From Chloroflexota bacterium (lineage in GTDB: Bacteria > Chloroflexota > Dehalococcoidia > JACQUO01): 64,000 nt of DNA. Below are positions 9,657 through 21,338 of the stretch, one piece after another; the first letter of the stretch is position 1, and every line of letters starts with the position of its first letter. The translations under genes were made by a program, and so were the position numbers. The notes beneath the pieces were generated by a model. It had not been told where the DNA came from. It saw only the letters and a list, made by a program, of their open reading frames with translations, and searched no databases. The stretch is from positions 3,788 through 67,787 of the forward strand of contig JACQUO010000023.1 in assembly GCA_016210205.1 (NCBI GenBank), given 5' to 3'.

Positions 9657-10118
9657 TCATTCCCCCGCCTGCCGGAGCCGGAAGTCCTCGAAGGCGCGGC
9701 GGATGGCCTCATGCTTCAGGCCCAAAATCTGGGCGGCCAGATAGGCCGCGTTCTTGGCCCCCGCCTTGCCCACGGCCATGGCCGCCACAGGCACCCCCGC
9801 GGGCATCTGGACGATGGCCAGGAGGGCATCCTGGCCCCCTCCCAGGGCGCTAGTGGGCAGGGGCACGCCAATGACGGGCAGCTCCGTCCAGGAGGCCAGC
9901 ACCCCGGGCAGATGCGCCGCCCCCCCGGCCCCGGCGATGAGCACCTCCAGCCCCCGCTCCCGGGCCGCGCGGCCATACTCCCGGGCCCGCTCCGGCGTGC
10001 GGTGGGCGGAGATGACCGAGACCTCGAAGTCGATGCCCAGCTCCTTCAGTGTATCCAGGGCCGGCTGCATGAGCTCGGCGTCGGACTGGCTCCCCATGAC
10101 CACGCCCACTAAAGGCAT
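9657..10118 (-). CDS. purE: N5-carboxyaminoimidazole ribonucleotide mutase
   Basis: [10 protein letters not shown]...VIGVPLP motifs are present. Confidence 0.9.
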   Translation of the reverse strand: MPLVGVVMGSQSDAELMQPALDTLKELGIDFEVSVISAHRTPERAREYGRAARERGLEVLIAGAGGAAHLPGVLASWTELPVIGVPLPTSALGGGQDALLAIVQMPAGVPVAAMAVGKAGAKNAAYLAAQILGLKHEAIRRAFEDFRLRQAGE

Positions 10119-10119
10119 A

Positions 10120-11385
10120 TCATCTCTCCTCGGCGGCGATGTCGGTGCGGTAGTGACGGCCTCGGAACTGGATGCGGGGGATATTCCGATATACCTTCTC
10201 TCGGGCCAGGGCTAGGTCTGGCCCCAGGGCAGCCACGGTAAGCACCCGCCCACCCGCGGTCTCCACCCGGCCCCCCTCTCCCGTGCGGGTGCCGGCGTGG
10301 AAGAGGAGGACGCCCTCCTCCACATCGTCGAGGCCGAAGATGGGGTAGCCGGTCTCGTATTGGCTCGGGTAGCCCCCCGAGGCCAGCACCACCCCCACGC
10401 AGGCCTCCTGCCGCCAGCGAAGCTGCACCTTGTCTAAAGTCCTATCCACAACGGCCATCATTATATCAAAGAGGTCGGCCTCCAGGCGAGGGATTAGCAC
10501 CTGGGTTTCGGGGTCGCCGAAGCGGCAGTTGAACTCCAGGGCCTTGGGGCCTTCGGAGGTCATCATCAGGCCGGCGTAGAGCACCCCCTGGTAGGGATGG
10601 CCCTCCTTCGCCAGGGCCCGCACCGCAGGCAGGAGGATGCTCTCCTTCACTTGCTGGGTCAGCTCCGGGGTGAAGCGGGCCGGCGGGCTGAAGCTGCCCA
10701 TGCCGCCGGTGTTGGGCCCCCGGTCGCCGTCCCGGGCGCGCTTGTAGTCGCAGGCAGGGGCCAGGGGCAGCACCGTCTCCCCGTCGCAGAGGGCCAGGAG
10801 ACTGGCCTCCCAGCCGAAGAGGCACTCCTCCACCAGCACCCGACTGCCCGCCGCCCCGAAAACATGCTCCTCCATGATGGCGTGGAGGGCGGCCACAGCC
10901 TCCTCTTTCGTCTGGGCCACGGTGACCCCCTTGCCCGCGGCCAGGCCGTCGGCCTTGACCACCATGGGCACGGGCTGAGACTCGACATAGCCCTTGGCCT
11001 CGGCGAAGTCGCTGAAGGTGCGGGAGCGGGCGCAGGGGATGCCTGCCCTCTGCATCAAGTCCTTGGCGAAGACCTTGCTGGACTCCAGGCGGGCGGCGGA
11101 CTGGGTGGGCCCGAAGGCGACCAGCCCTAGGCGGACGAAGAAGTCCACCAGGCCCGCGGCCAGGGGGGCCTCCGGCCCCACCACCGTGAGGTCGATGCGC
11201 TCGATGCGGGCGGCGTGGGCCAGGGTGGGTAGGTCCGTGGGCTGAATGTCCAGGTTGGTGGCCATGGCCGCGGTGCCGGCGTTGCCGGGGGCCACATAGA
11301 GCCGCCCCACCTGGGGGCTTTGCCGGAGCTTCCAGGCCAGGGCGTGCTCCCGCCCCCCAGCGCCCACGATGAGGATGTTGGCCAA
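10120..11385 (-). CDS. purD: phosphoribosylamine--glycine ligase
   Basis: The N-terminus [20 protein letters not shown] and an ATP-grasp domain are present. Confidence 0.9.
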   Translation of the reverse strand: MANILIVGAGGREHALAWKLRQSPQVGRLYVAPGNAGTAAMATNLDIQPTDLPTLAHAARIERIDLTVVGPEAPLAAGLVDFFVRLGLVAFGPTQSAARLESSKVFAKDLMQRAGIPCARSRTFSDFAEAKGYVESQPVPMVVKADGLAAGKGVTVAQTKEEAVAALHAIMEEHVFGAAGSRVLVEECLFGWEASLLALCDGETVLPLAPACDYKRARDGDRGPNTGGMGSFSPPARFTPELTQQVKESILLPAVRALAKEGHPYQGVLYAGLMMTSEGPKALEFNCRFGDPETQVLIPRLEADLFDIMMAVVDRTLDKVQLRWRQEACVGVVLASGGYPSQYETGYPIFGLDDVEEGVLLFHAGTRTGEGGRVETAGGRVLTVAALGPDLALAREKVYRNIPRIQFRGRHYRTDIAAEER

Positions 11386-11430
11386 GTTGTTGACTCTCTA
11401 TCTTTGTGGGTGTTGATGGGTTGCTGCGGT

Positions 11431-12585
11431 CTAGTCGGTGCGAACCGCTGCTTTAAGGTTGATGGTTTGTCCGGTGGTGATTTCACCGTAGAGCATATAC
11501 CAGCGGCCATCGGTGGCCTGGTAAACATCCGGGTCCACCAAGCCTGGGACCCCGGCTGGCGGGACTAGCAAATCTTCCTGGTCAATAGTAAAGGTCAGCC
11601 CATCCGGGGAGTGAGCTAGACGGAAACGCTGGCAGCCGAGGCCGCCGCACCGAGGTTCGAATTCGCTGTAGGCCAGGTACATCAGTAAGGAACCATCGGG
11701 CTGCAGCACCGCATCGGGGTCCACATAGGCGCTCCGTCCATTCACGCCCGCAAGGCGATAGCCGGCCTCGGGCATCCAGGTCAGGCCGCCATCGGCGCTC
11801 CTCATGCTGGCGGTGGATACGCCGCCAGCCACATAGTAGAGGCGGAAAGAGCCATCTGCCAGCCTTATGAGGTCCGGCACCGATTGGAAGATTCCCCCAT
11901 TAAGGCTCCGGTCTAAGGCTGAGTCGGGCAAGCGAACCGCTGAACCAAAGGTAATCCCATCATCGGAGACCCGCGCATACAATCTTCTGTCCCGCTGGTT
12001 CGGCGGTGATTCAGCACTGGACTCGTAGACCATGAGGAGCTTGCCGTCATCCCGCTGGAGCACCGCCGGGTTGGACACAAAAGCGTCCGCGCTCCCCGGG
12101 GTCCGGGTGCCCCGGATGTTGGTGGAGGTCGTCCTGGAGAGGTCCCGCCCATCGGCGCTCTCGGCGAAGACGATGTCGCCGAAGTCCATGAAGTAAGTCC
12201 TCACTCGGTCCCTGATGCGGATGGAGGAGCTGGAAGTGACATTTTGCCTCATCACCCCTGGCAGAGCGCTCCAGTGCTCGGCCGGCACCGGCGTGGGGGT
12301 AGGCGGAGCATGGGTTGGAGTGGACGTGGACGTCGCCGTGGGCGCTACTGTAGGTGCAAGCGTGGCGGTGGGGACAGGCGTAGGTGGCCGTGCTATGGGG
12401 GATGGGATGACGGTGGCAGCAGCGGTGGGGTTGGGTGGAGCTGCCGTGGCGGTGGCCGCAGGGGGCTGCCCCTGGCAGGCCGCCAACATTGCTGGGGCGA
12501 AGAGCGCCGTAGCAAAAGCTCCACTAACTATAAGACTGTGTCTCACCACTTTATAGCGCAAGAGGGTAAATATTTCTGTCCGCAT
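11431..12585 (-). CDS. secreted lipoprotein, BNR/Asp-box repeat (sialidase-like beta-propeller) protein
   Basis: Signal peptide with a lipobox (LAAC) and a P/T/A-rich linker. Asp-box motifs are present (SADGGLTW, SDDGITF, SPDGLTF). The start is ambiguous (12609 or 12585). Confidence 0.6.
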   Translation of the reverse strand: MRTEIFTLLRYKVVRHSLIVSGAFATALFAPAMLAACQGQPPAATATAAPPNPTAAATVIPSPIARPPTPVPTATLAPTVAPTATSTSTPTHAPPTPTPVPAEHWSALPGVMRQNVTSSSSIRIRDRVRTYFMDFGDIVFAESADGRDLSRTTSTNIRGTRTPGSADAFVSNPAVLQRDDGKLLMVYESSAESPPNQRDRRLYARVSDDGITFGSAVRLPDSALDRSLNGGIFQSVPDLIRLADGSFRLYYVAGGVSTASMRSADGGLTWMPEAGYRLAGVNGRSAYVDPDAVLQPDGSLLMYLAYSEFEPRCGGLGCQRFRLAHSPDGLTFTIDQEDLLVPPAGVPGLVDPDVYQATDGRWYMLYGEITTGQTINLKAAVRTD

Positions 12586-12599
12586 CCCATGAATTATTT

Positions 12600-14279
<1,680 letters not shown>

Positions 14280-14368
14280 AAGTGAGAGGTTTTGAGGGGG
14301 CCTTTTGCTGTTAGCTTATCATCAAGGCTAGGTTTTGTAAATCGCCTTAGGGAGGCTGGGTAAACTGT

Positions 14369-14397
14369 TTGACCTCGGCTTGCCAATTGTGTAGCAT
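14369..14397 (+). promoter_or_regulatory. sigma70-like promoter (TTGACC-17-TAGCAT) upstream of the PAC2 gene
   Basis: Hexamers read directly, with a 17-nt spacer. An AGGAGGAGG RBS follows. Confidence 0.4.
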
Positions 14398-14418
14398 ACA
14401 GGAGGAGGTGGCGCGCGC

Positions 14419-15312
14419 GTGGCAGAAATCCAATACACCGAAAAACCAGAGCTCCACAAGCCCAATATGGTCTTGGGTTTCAGCGGCTGGCTCAACGGCG
14501 GCGAGGCCTCCACCGGCGTCTTGGTCTATCTGGTCAACAAACTCAAGGCCACCAAGTTCGCGGAGCTGGACGCCGAGGACTACCACATCTACCAGGTTCC
14601 AGGGGTGGAGATGCTGCGCCCCCATATGCGCTCCTTCATGGGGGTGCCCCAGGAGATACTTTTCCCCACCAACGAGTTCTACTACTGGAAGAACGAGAAG
14701 GGCGAGGGCGACCTGGTCCTGTTCCTGGGCTCTGAGCCCAACCTGAAGTGGCGGAGCTTCGGCAACAAAATCATGGATGTGGCCCAGGAGTACGGAGTGA
14801 AGCGGCTTCACTCCGTGGGGGGCGTGCTGGACCGTAGCCCCCATACCCGCGAGCCCAGGCTGTTCGCCTCCATGAGCGAGCCCCACCTGCGGGAGGAGAT
14901 GAGCAAGCATGTGATGGGATTCGGCACCTATGAGGGGCCTAGCAGCTTCACCTCGATGCTCCACTACCTGGCCCGGGAAAGGCACCTCGAGGCGGTCAGC
15001 CTCTCCGTGCGTTCGCCCATCTACATCCAGGGTCGCAACCCCCGGGCCTGGCTGGCGGTGTTGGAACGCCTGATCAAGCTCCTGGACCTGAAACTGGACC
15101 TGGATGACCTGCGCCTGGAGTGCGCCATCATGGACCGGCGCCTGGACCGCATCGCCAAGGAGAACCCCGAGGTGATGACCAGGCTCAAGGAGTGGGAACA
15201 GGCCTACGACACCGCCACGCAGGAGGACCAGGCCCCCGCCGAGCTCACCGCTGAGGACGCCGTCCGCGAGGCGGAAGACCTGCTGCGCCACCTGGGCGAG
15301 GAGAGCAGCTGA
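14419..15312 (+). CDS. PAC2 (proteasome assembly chaperone-like) family protein
   Basis: ~297 aa with an N-terminal NMVLGFSGWLNGGEASTGVLVYL pattern typical of the PAC2 family. GTG start. Confidence 0.5.
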   Translation: MAEIQYTEKPELHKPNMVLGFSGWLNGGEASTGVLVYLVNKLKATKFAELDAEDYHIYQVPGVEMLRPHMRSFMGVPQEILFPTNEFYYWKNEKGEGDLVLFLGSEPNLKWRSFGNKIMDVAQEYGVKRLHSVGGVLDRSPHTREPRLFASMSEPHLREEMSKHVMGFGTYEGPSSFTSMLHYLARERHLEAVSLSVRSPIYIQGRNPRAWLAVLERLIKLLDLKLDLDDLRLECAIMDRRLDRIAKENPEVMTRLKEWEQAYDTATQEDQAPAELTAEDAVREAEDLLRHLGEESS

Positions 15313-15347
15313 TTCCCCCGCTCTGCGGCGCTCGGCGAGCTTAGCGC

Positions 15348-16031
15348 ATGACATCCCTATCCCAAGCCGTGAATGACGCTGCCAGTCCAGAGCGCCTGGC
15401 CCAGGCCCTGGAAGCGCTGAAAAAGGGGGGAGTTATCGCCTTTCCCACCGACACGGTTTACGGCCTGGGCGCCCTGGCCACGGATGACCAGGCCGTGGGC
15501 AAGCTCTTCCGCCTCAAGGGCCGCTCTGCGGGCCACCCCCTGCCCATCCTGGTGGCCGACTTGGGCATGGCGGAGCAGACGGCGCGGCTGTCCCCAGCGG
15601 CCCGGGCGCTGGCGCGGGCCTGCTGGCCCGGCCCTCTGACCCTGGTACTGCCCCGCCAGCCGGCCTTCCGTAGCCTGGCTCTGGCGGGCGGGGAGACCGT
15701 CGCCGTGCGCCAGCCCGCCCACCGGGTACCACTGGCTTTGATGCAGGCCCTGAGTGCGCCTATCACCGGCACCAGTGCCAACCGGAGCGGCCACCCTAGC
15801 CCCAAGACGGCGGACGAGGTGCGCCGACAACTGGGGCAGGCGGTGGACCTAATTTGGGACGCTGGCCCCTGTCCTGGCGGCCAAGAGTCCACTATAATAG
15901 ACCTGAGCGGTCCCAGGCCGGTGGTCCTTCGAGTTGGGCCGCTGTCCCTGGAGACCATTGCGCAGGTATTAGGACGAAAAGTCCTCCTGGCTGAGGCCTA
16001 TGGGTCAGCAACCGCAAGGGAGGTCAACTGA
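15348..16031 (+). CDS. tsaC: L-threonylcarbamoyladenylate synthase (YrdC/TsaC type)
   Basis: The YrdC-domain signature VIAFPTDTVYGLG is present. Confidence 0.85.
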   Translation: MTSLSQAVNDAASPERLAQALEALKKGGVIAFPTDTVYGLGALATDDQAVGKLFRLKGRSAGHPLPILVADLGMAEQTARLSPAARALARACWPGPLTLVLPRQPAFRSLALAGGETVAVRQPAHRVPLALMQALSAPITGTSANRSGHPSPKTADEVRRQLGQAVDLIWDAGPCPGGQESTIIDLSGPRPVVLRVGPLSLETIAQVLGRKVLLAEAYGSATAREVN

Positions 16032-16507
16032 TGCTCATCGCCTTAGGATGTGACCACGCCGGATTGCACCTGAAGAACCTGGTGGCCAGCACCCTTCAAG
16101 AGTTGGGCCACACCTATGAGGACTTCGGCTGTTTCAGCACCACCTCGGTGGACTACCCGGACATCGCCATCCCGGTGGCCCAGGCCGTGGCCGAAGGCAA
16201 GTTCCAGATGGGCATCCTGGTGTGCAGCACCGGCATCGGCATGGCCCTGGCGGCCAACAAAATCCCAGGCGTCCGGGCGGCCGTCTGCCACGACACCTTC
16301 TGCGCTCAGCGGGCCCGGGAGCACAACGACGCCAATGTCCTCTGCTTGGGAGAAGGGGTCATCGGCACGGGCGTGGCTCGAGAGGTGCTGCGAGCTTTCC
16401 TGGGCGGCCAGTTCGTGGGCGGACGGCACGCCCGCCGCCTGGAGAAAATCCGGAGCGTGGAAAACGCTCCCCGAACCCAAGAGGCCGTCCCTCCCGCAAA
16501 GTCTTGA
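16031..16507 (+). CDS. rpiB: ribose-5-phosphate isomerase B
   Basis: MLIALGCDHAGLHLK...GILVCSTGIGMALAANK is typical of RpiB/LacAB. Confidence 0.85.
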   Translation: MLIALGCDHAGLHLKNLVASTLQELGHTYEDFGCFSTTSVDYPDIAIPVAQAVAEGKFQMGILVCSTGIGMALAANKIPGVRAAVCHDTFCAQRAREHNDANVLCLGEGVIGTGVAREVLRAFLGGQFVGGRHARRLEKIRSVENAPRTQEAVPPAKS

Positions 16508-16559
16508 CTGCCCCCAAAGCCAAGGCTGACTTTCCCCCGAAGTTGAACCAGGAGGCATT

Positions 16560-18440
16560 GTGGCCTCGGTCTTAGACAGGATTAGCGGCCCCCAAGACCT
16601 GAAGGGCCTGACTTCCCCAGAGCTGGCCCAGTTGGCCCGAGAGGTCCGGGAGCGCCTAGTGAGCACCGTCAGCGCCAACGGGGGCCATCTGGCCTCCAAC
16701 CTCGGCGGCGTCGAGCTCACCATCGCCCTCCACCGGGCCTTCCGCAGCCCGGAGGACAAAATTCTCTGGGACGTGGGGCACCAGTGCTATGTCCACAAGC
16801 TCCTGACGGGCCGAAACCAGAGCTTTGCCTCGCTCCGCCAGTGGGGGGGCATCTCCGGCTTCCCGGAGCCCCAGGAAAGCCCCCACGATATCGTCGCCGT
16901 GGGGCATGCCAGCACCTCCATCTCCTCCGCCCTGGGGCTGGCCCTAGCGCGGGACCTGGCCGGGGCGAAACACCATGTGGTGGCCGTCATCGGCGACGGC
17001 GCCCTCACCGGAGGCCAGGCTTTCGAGGCCTTGAACCACGCCGGGCATCTGGGCACACGCCTCATCGTCGTGCTCAACGATAACGCTATGGCCATCTCCC
17101 CCAGCGTGGGGGCCCTGGCGCATTCTTTGAACCGCATCCGCCTGAGCCCCAGTTACCACGAGGCCAAAGAGGGCCTGGGGAAGCTCCTGCCCCGTCTCCC
17201 CCTGGGAGGGCCTTTCTGGAGCCTGTCCAAGCGCCTGAAGAAAGGGGTCAAGGGGCTTATTGTCCCCACCATGCTCTTCGAGGAGCTGGGCTTTGACTAC
17301 ATCGGCCCTATCGATGGCCATGACATCGATGAGGTAGAGGAGGCGCTGCTCCAGGCCCAGCGCCTGGTGCGGCGGCCTGCCCTGGTCCATGTCCTCACGC
17401 AAAAAGGTAAGGGCTATACCCAGGCGGAGCGGGACCCGGTGGCCTACCACGGGCTGTCCCCGACCCGTCCGGCCCAGGCGACCGAGCCTGACTCGCCCAC
17501 CTACACCCAGGTCTTCGCCCAAACAATGGCGCGGCTCATGGCGGCGGAGCCCAAGGTGGTAGCCATCACCGCGGCCATGCCCGAGGGCACGGGCCTCAGC
17601 CAGGTCATCACCCGCTTCCCCAGCCGGGTCTTCGACGTGGGCATCTGCGAGCCGCACGCGGTGACTCTGGCCGCCGGCCTGGCCAGCCAGGGCCTCATCC
17701 CCGTGGTGGCCATCTACTCCACCTTCCTCCAGCGCGCCTTCGACCAAATCCTCCAGGATGTCTGTCTGCAGGAGCTCCCGGTGGTCTTCGCCATCGACCG
17801 GGGCGGCCTAGTGGGCGAGGACGGCAAGACCCATCAGGGCAGCTTCGACCTCTCCTATCTGGGCTTGGCCCCCAACCTGGTGGTGGCAGCTCCCGCCGAC
17901 GAGAACGAGCTTCAGCACCTGCTTTATACCGCCGTCAAGGCCGGAAAGCCCATGGCGGTGCGCTACCCCCGGGGCCGCGGGCCGGGCCGAGCCCGGGAGC
18001 CAGCCTTCCGGGAACTGCCCATCGGGCAAGGGGTGATGGTCAAGCCGGGGCCGGACGCCACCATCGTGGCCCTCGGCTCGGCAGTGGCACCATCCCTGGA
18101 GGCGAGCCGCCTCCTGGAGGGGCGGGGACTGCGCTGCGGCGTCATCAACGCCCGCTATGTGAAACCTTTGGATACGGAACTAATCCTGCGTGAGGGCGCG
18201 GTCAGCCGGCGGGTGCTCACCGTGGAGGAGAATGTCCTGCTCGGCGGCTTCGGGAGCGTGGTGCGGGCTGCCCTGGCGGTCTGTCCCGGGATACGGGTGG
18301 AGTGCCTGGGCCTTCCCGACAAGTTCATCGAGCATGGCCCTCAGGGGCTACTCCGGGCCAAGTATAGCCTGGATGGGCCGGGCATCGCTCGGCGGCTGCT
18401 GGTGGGCTTCCCGGAACTGGAGCGCTTGCCCCTTTCTTAG
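16560..18440 (+). CDS. dxs: 1-deoxy-D-xylulose-5-phosphate synthase
   Basis: A TPP/transketolase-like region (GHLASNLGGVELTIALH, GDGALTGGQAFEALNHAG) is present. 626 aa. GTG start. Confidence 0.9.
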   Translation: MASVLDRISGPQDLKGLTSPELAQLAREVRERLVSTVSANGGHLASNLGGVELTIALHRAFRSPEDKILWDVGHQCYVHKLLTGRNQSFASLRQWGGISGFPEPQESPHDIVAVGHASTSISSALGLALARDLAGAKHHVVAVIGDGALTGGQAFEALNHAGHLGTRLIVVLNDNAMAISPSVGALAHSLNRIRLSPSYHEAKEGLGKLLPRLPLGGPFWSLSKRLKKGVKGLIVPTMLFEELGFDYIGPIDGHDIDEVEEALLQAQRLVRRPALVHVLTQKGKGYTQAERDPVAYHGLSPTRPAQATEPDSPTYTQVFAQTMARLMAAEPKVVAITAAMPEGTGLSQVITRFPSRVFDVGICEPHAVTLAAGLASQGLIPVVAIYSTFLQRAFDQILQDVCLQELPVVFAIDRGGLVGEDGKTHQGSFDLSYLGLAPNLVVAAPADENELQHLLYTAVKAGKPMAVRYPRGRGPGRAREPAFRELPIGQGVMVKPGPDATIVALGSAVAPSLEASRLLEGRGLRCGVINARYVKPLDTELILREGAVSRRVLTVEENVLLGGFGSVVRAALAVCPGIRVECLGLPDKFIEHGPQGLLRAKYSLDGPGIARRLLVGFPELERLPLS

Positions 18441-18464
18441 GGTGAAGCGCCTATGTCCTGGCTG

Positions 18465-18492
18465 GGAGCCGGTGCGGTGCCGCTCCTTTTTT
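18465..18492 (+). terminator. candidate intrinsic terminator after dxs
   Basis: A GGAGC...GCTCC stem is followed by TTTTTT. Confidence 0.4.
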
Positions 18493-18540
18493 CTTAATCT
18501 CACGGGCCACCGGAGCCCGCCGAAAAAGAGGCGCAGGATA

Positions 18541-18600
18541 TTTCCCGCCGGCGGTCTGGGGTGTCCCCCAAGATGGGGGGATAGAGGGGACTGATACAGA
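18541..18600. repeat. GC-rich palindromic intergenic repeat, partial copy B
   Basis: A CTGGGGTGTCCCCC core is shared with the other copies. Confidence 0.4.
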
Positions 18601-18630
18601 CTATTTTAGCACTCTGTATAGGGGGAGACC

Positions 18631-19650
18631 TTGCTTGAGCCAGCCAGCCTCTCGCGCCACCGGACGTCGGTGGAGGAGGAAATGCGGCGCGTGGTGGGGG
18701 AGTCGTCTCTGCCCCTCTACCGCATGATGCGGTATCACCTGGGGTGGGAGGATGAAGAGGGGAACACGGCTCGCAGCGGGGGCAAAGGGCTGCGCTCCGC
18801 CCTCTGTCTCCTGGCCTGCGAGGCGGTAGGAGGGGCGGCCCCACGAGCCTTGCCCGCGGCCGCCGCCGTAGAGCTGGTGCATAATTTCTCCCTCATCCAC
18901 GACGATATCGAGGACGGCAGCGCCCACCGCCGGGGGAGGCCCACGGTGTGGAAGCTCTGGGGGGTGCCCCACGCGGTGAACGCCGGGGACGCCATGCTCG
19001 TGCTGGCGCAGCGCGCCCTGCTGGCGCTGTCGTCGCGGGGGCTAGCGCTGCAGCGAGTGCATCGGGCTGCGGAGGCGCTGGAGGAAACCTGCCTGCGTCT
19101 CTGCCAGGGGCAGTTCCTGGACCTGGACTTTGAAGGCCGTCCCCAAGTCTCCCTGGAAGAGTACCTGGAGATGATTGAAGGCAAGAGCGGCGCCCTCATG
19201 GGCTGCGCCCTGGAGCTGGGGGCACTGGCCGGGGACGCTCCAGCGGAGACCTCCCGAAGCCTGGGGGCTTGGGGGCGCCGGCTGGGCTGCGCCTTCCAAA
19301 TGCAGGACGATTTTCTGGGCCTGTGGGGAAATGAGCAGGAGACAGGAAAATCGGCCCGGGATGACCTCATGCGCAAGAAAAAGAGCCTGCCGGTGGTGTT
19401 GGCTCTGGGGCAGCCAGGCGACATTGGGGCCAGGCTGCGGGCCTTATACCGCCAGGAGTCCTTGACCCCCGAGGAGGCGGAGATGGCTCGCGGCCTCATG
19501 GAGCGCCTGGGCGCCCGCAGCCTGGCCCAGGCCAAAACGCAGGAGTCCCTGGAGCAGGCCCTGGCCGGCCTCCCGGCCCTGCCCCTGCAGCACGGGCCGG
19601 CGGCAGAGCTACGGGAAGTAGCCCTTTTCCTGGTGAACCGGAAATCCTAG
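18631..19650 (+). CDS. polyprenyl diphosphate synthase (IspA/GGPPS family)
   Basis: First (LIHDDIED) and second (FQMQDDFLG) aspartate-rich motifs are present. TTG start. Confidence 0.8.
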   Translation: MLEPASLSRHRTSVEEEMRRVVGESSLPLYRMMRYHLGWEDEEGNTARSGGKGLRSALCLLACEAVGGAAPRALPAAAAVELVHNFSLIHDDIEDGSAHRRGRPTVWKLWGVPHAVNAGDAMLVLAQRALLALSSRGLALQRVHRAAEALEETCLRLCQGQFLDLDFEGRPQVSLEEYLEMIEGKSGALMGCALELGALAGDAPAETSRSLGAWGRRLGCAFQMQDDFLGLWGNEQETGKSARDDLMRKKKSLPVVLALGQPGDIGARLRALYRQESLTPEEAEMARGLMERLGARSLAQAKTQESLEQALAGLPALPLQHGPAAELREVALFLVNRKS

Positions 19651-19677
19651 CGCATTGAACTAGAAAGAGCGAAGAAC

Positions 19678-21297
19678 ATGAGCGGTGGCGACCTCCTGGT
19701 CAGCGCCCTGGCGACGGAAGGGGTGAAATATATCTTCTCCCTGAGCGGAGCGGAAACCCATTCCATCTTCGACGCCTGTTTGGACCGGGGCATCGAAATC
19801 ATGGACTCCCGGCACGAGCAGGCCGCCGTCCACATGGCCGACGGCTGGGCTCGGGCCACGGGGCAGCCCGGGGTGGCGGTGCTGGCGGCCGGGCCGGGCG
19901 TCACCAACGGCATCACCGCCGTGGCGGCCGCTTTGCAGGCCCACAGCCCCATCCTGGTCATCGGCGGGCGCAGCCCCCTGGCCCAGGCGGAGCGGGGCGC
20001 CGCCCGGGAGCTGGATCAAATCGCCCTCATGCGCCCCATCACCAAATGGGCCCAGACCATCTATGACACCAGCCGCATCCCCGACATGATGGCCACGGCC
20101 TTCCGCCACGCCCTGACGGGGCGCCCCGGCCCCGTTTTCCTGGACATCCCCCGAGATGTCCTGGAGGCAGAGGTGTCCCCGCCACCGCCGGCGCCGCAGG
20201 GCTCCCGTCCGCACGGGGGCGTGCACGGCGACCCCGCCTCAGTCCGGGCGGCGGTGGAGTTGATGGCTAAAGCCCGGCGCCCCGTCATCCTGGCGGGGAC
20301 CGGCCTGCGGCTTTCTGGGGCTGGTCATCAGCTCCTGCATCTGGCGGAGGAGACAGAGGTGCCGGTGGTCCTGGCCAAGGGGGGAGCCAGGGGATGCCTG
20401 CCGGAGGACCACCCCCTCTGCTTCCTGCGTCGCCAGTTGCCCACCCAGGAAGCGGACCTGGTGCTAGTCCTGGGGACACGCCTGGACGCCGCCCTCTCCT
20501 TCGGCGGCCCTCCCACCTTCGGGGAGAAGGCTAAAGTGATTCAAGTGGACATCGAGCCCCGGGAGATAGGGCGCAACCGGCCCGTGGCGGTGGGCATCGC
20601 GGGGGACCTCAAGGCAGTGCTGGGCCAGATGCTCCAGGAGCTGAAGGGGCTTCCCAAGCCCAAACGTGGCTCCTGGCTGGAAACGTGCCATGCCTCGCGG
20701 CGGGCCTGGCAGCAGCGTCTGGAGCCCGACCTGAACTCCGCGCAGGTCCCCATCCACCCCCTGCGACTCTGCCGGGAGCTGCGGGACTTTCTTCAGCCCG
20801 ATGCCACCATCGCCCCCGATGGCGGCGACACCTCGGTGTTTGGCTCGTCCGTGCTCAGAGCCTTTCACCCGGGCCACTGGCTGGACAACGGCCTCTGGAC
20901 CCTGGGCACGGGCATCCCCTTCGCCATGGCGGCCAAGCTGGCTCGCCCGGACCAGCAGGCAGTGGTCTTGACCGGCGATGGCTCCTTCGGCTTCAACGCC
21001 ATGGAGTTCCACACCATGGTGCGGCGCAAGCTTCCCGTGGTGGTGGTCATCAACAACGACGGGGCCTGGGGCATGATTAAGCATATCCAGACGGGCCGGT
21101 ACGGCGCGGCGCGGGTGGTGGCCACGGAGCTGGGGCTTACCAGATATGATAAGATGGTAGAGGCCCTGGGAGGCCACGGCGAGTATGTGGAGCAGCCCCA
21201 GGACATCCGCCCGGCCCTGGAGCGGGCTTTCGCCTCGGGCCTGCCCGCTTGTGTCAATGTGAAGGTGGACGATTCCGTCTCCAGCTCCTACCTGTGA
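19678..21297 (+). CDS. thiamine-diphosphate-dependent enzyme (acetolactate synthase / benzoylformate decarboxylase family)
   Basis: Three-domain TPP-enzyme architecture with a C-terminal TPP-binding GDGSFGFNAMEF...NN motif. Confidence 0.75.
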   Translation: MSGGDLLVSALATEGVKYIFSLSGAETHSIFDACLDRGIEIMDSRHEQAAVHMADGWARATGQPGVAVLAAGPGVTNGITAVAAALQAHSPILVIGGRSPLAQAERGAARELDQIALMRPITKWAQTIYDTSRIPDMMATAFRHALTGRPGPVFLDIPRDVLEAEVSPPPPAPQGSRPHGGVHGDPASVRAAVELMAKARRPVILAGTGLRLSGAGHQLLHLAEETEVPVVLAKGGARGCLPEDHPLCFLRRQLPTQEADLVLVLGTRLDAALSFGGPPTFGEKAKVIQVDIEPREIGRNRPVAVGIAGDLKAVLGQMLQELKGLPKPKRGSWLETCHASRRAWQQRLEPDLNSAQVPIHPLRLCRELRDFLQPDATIAPDGGDTSVFGSSVLRAFHPGHWLDNGLWTLGTGIPFAMAAKLARPDQQAVVLTGDGSFGFNAMEFHTMVRRKLPVVVVINNDGAWGMIKHIQTGRYGAARVVATELGLTRYDKMVEALGGHGEYVEQPQDIRPALERAFASGLPACVNVKVDDSVSSSYL

Positions 21298-21338
21298 TAG
21301 CTCGCGGGTTTTATTCCAAACCATAAAGGGGCGACGCC

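Noticed and set aside
14347-15354. 335-aa minus-strand ORF
   Set aside because: It is antisense to the PAC2-family gene.
16043-18148. Minus-strand ORFs of 238, 267, 116 aa and others across rpiB/dxs
   Set aside because: They are antisense shadow frames of well-supported genes.
18735-19535. 266-aa minus-strand ORF
   Set aside because: It is antisense to the polyprenyl synthase gene.
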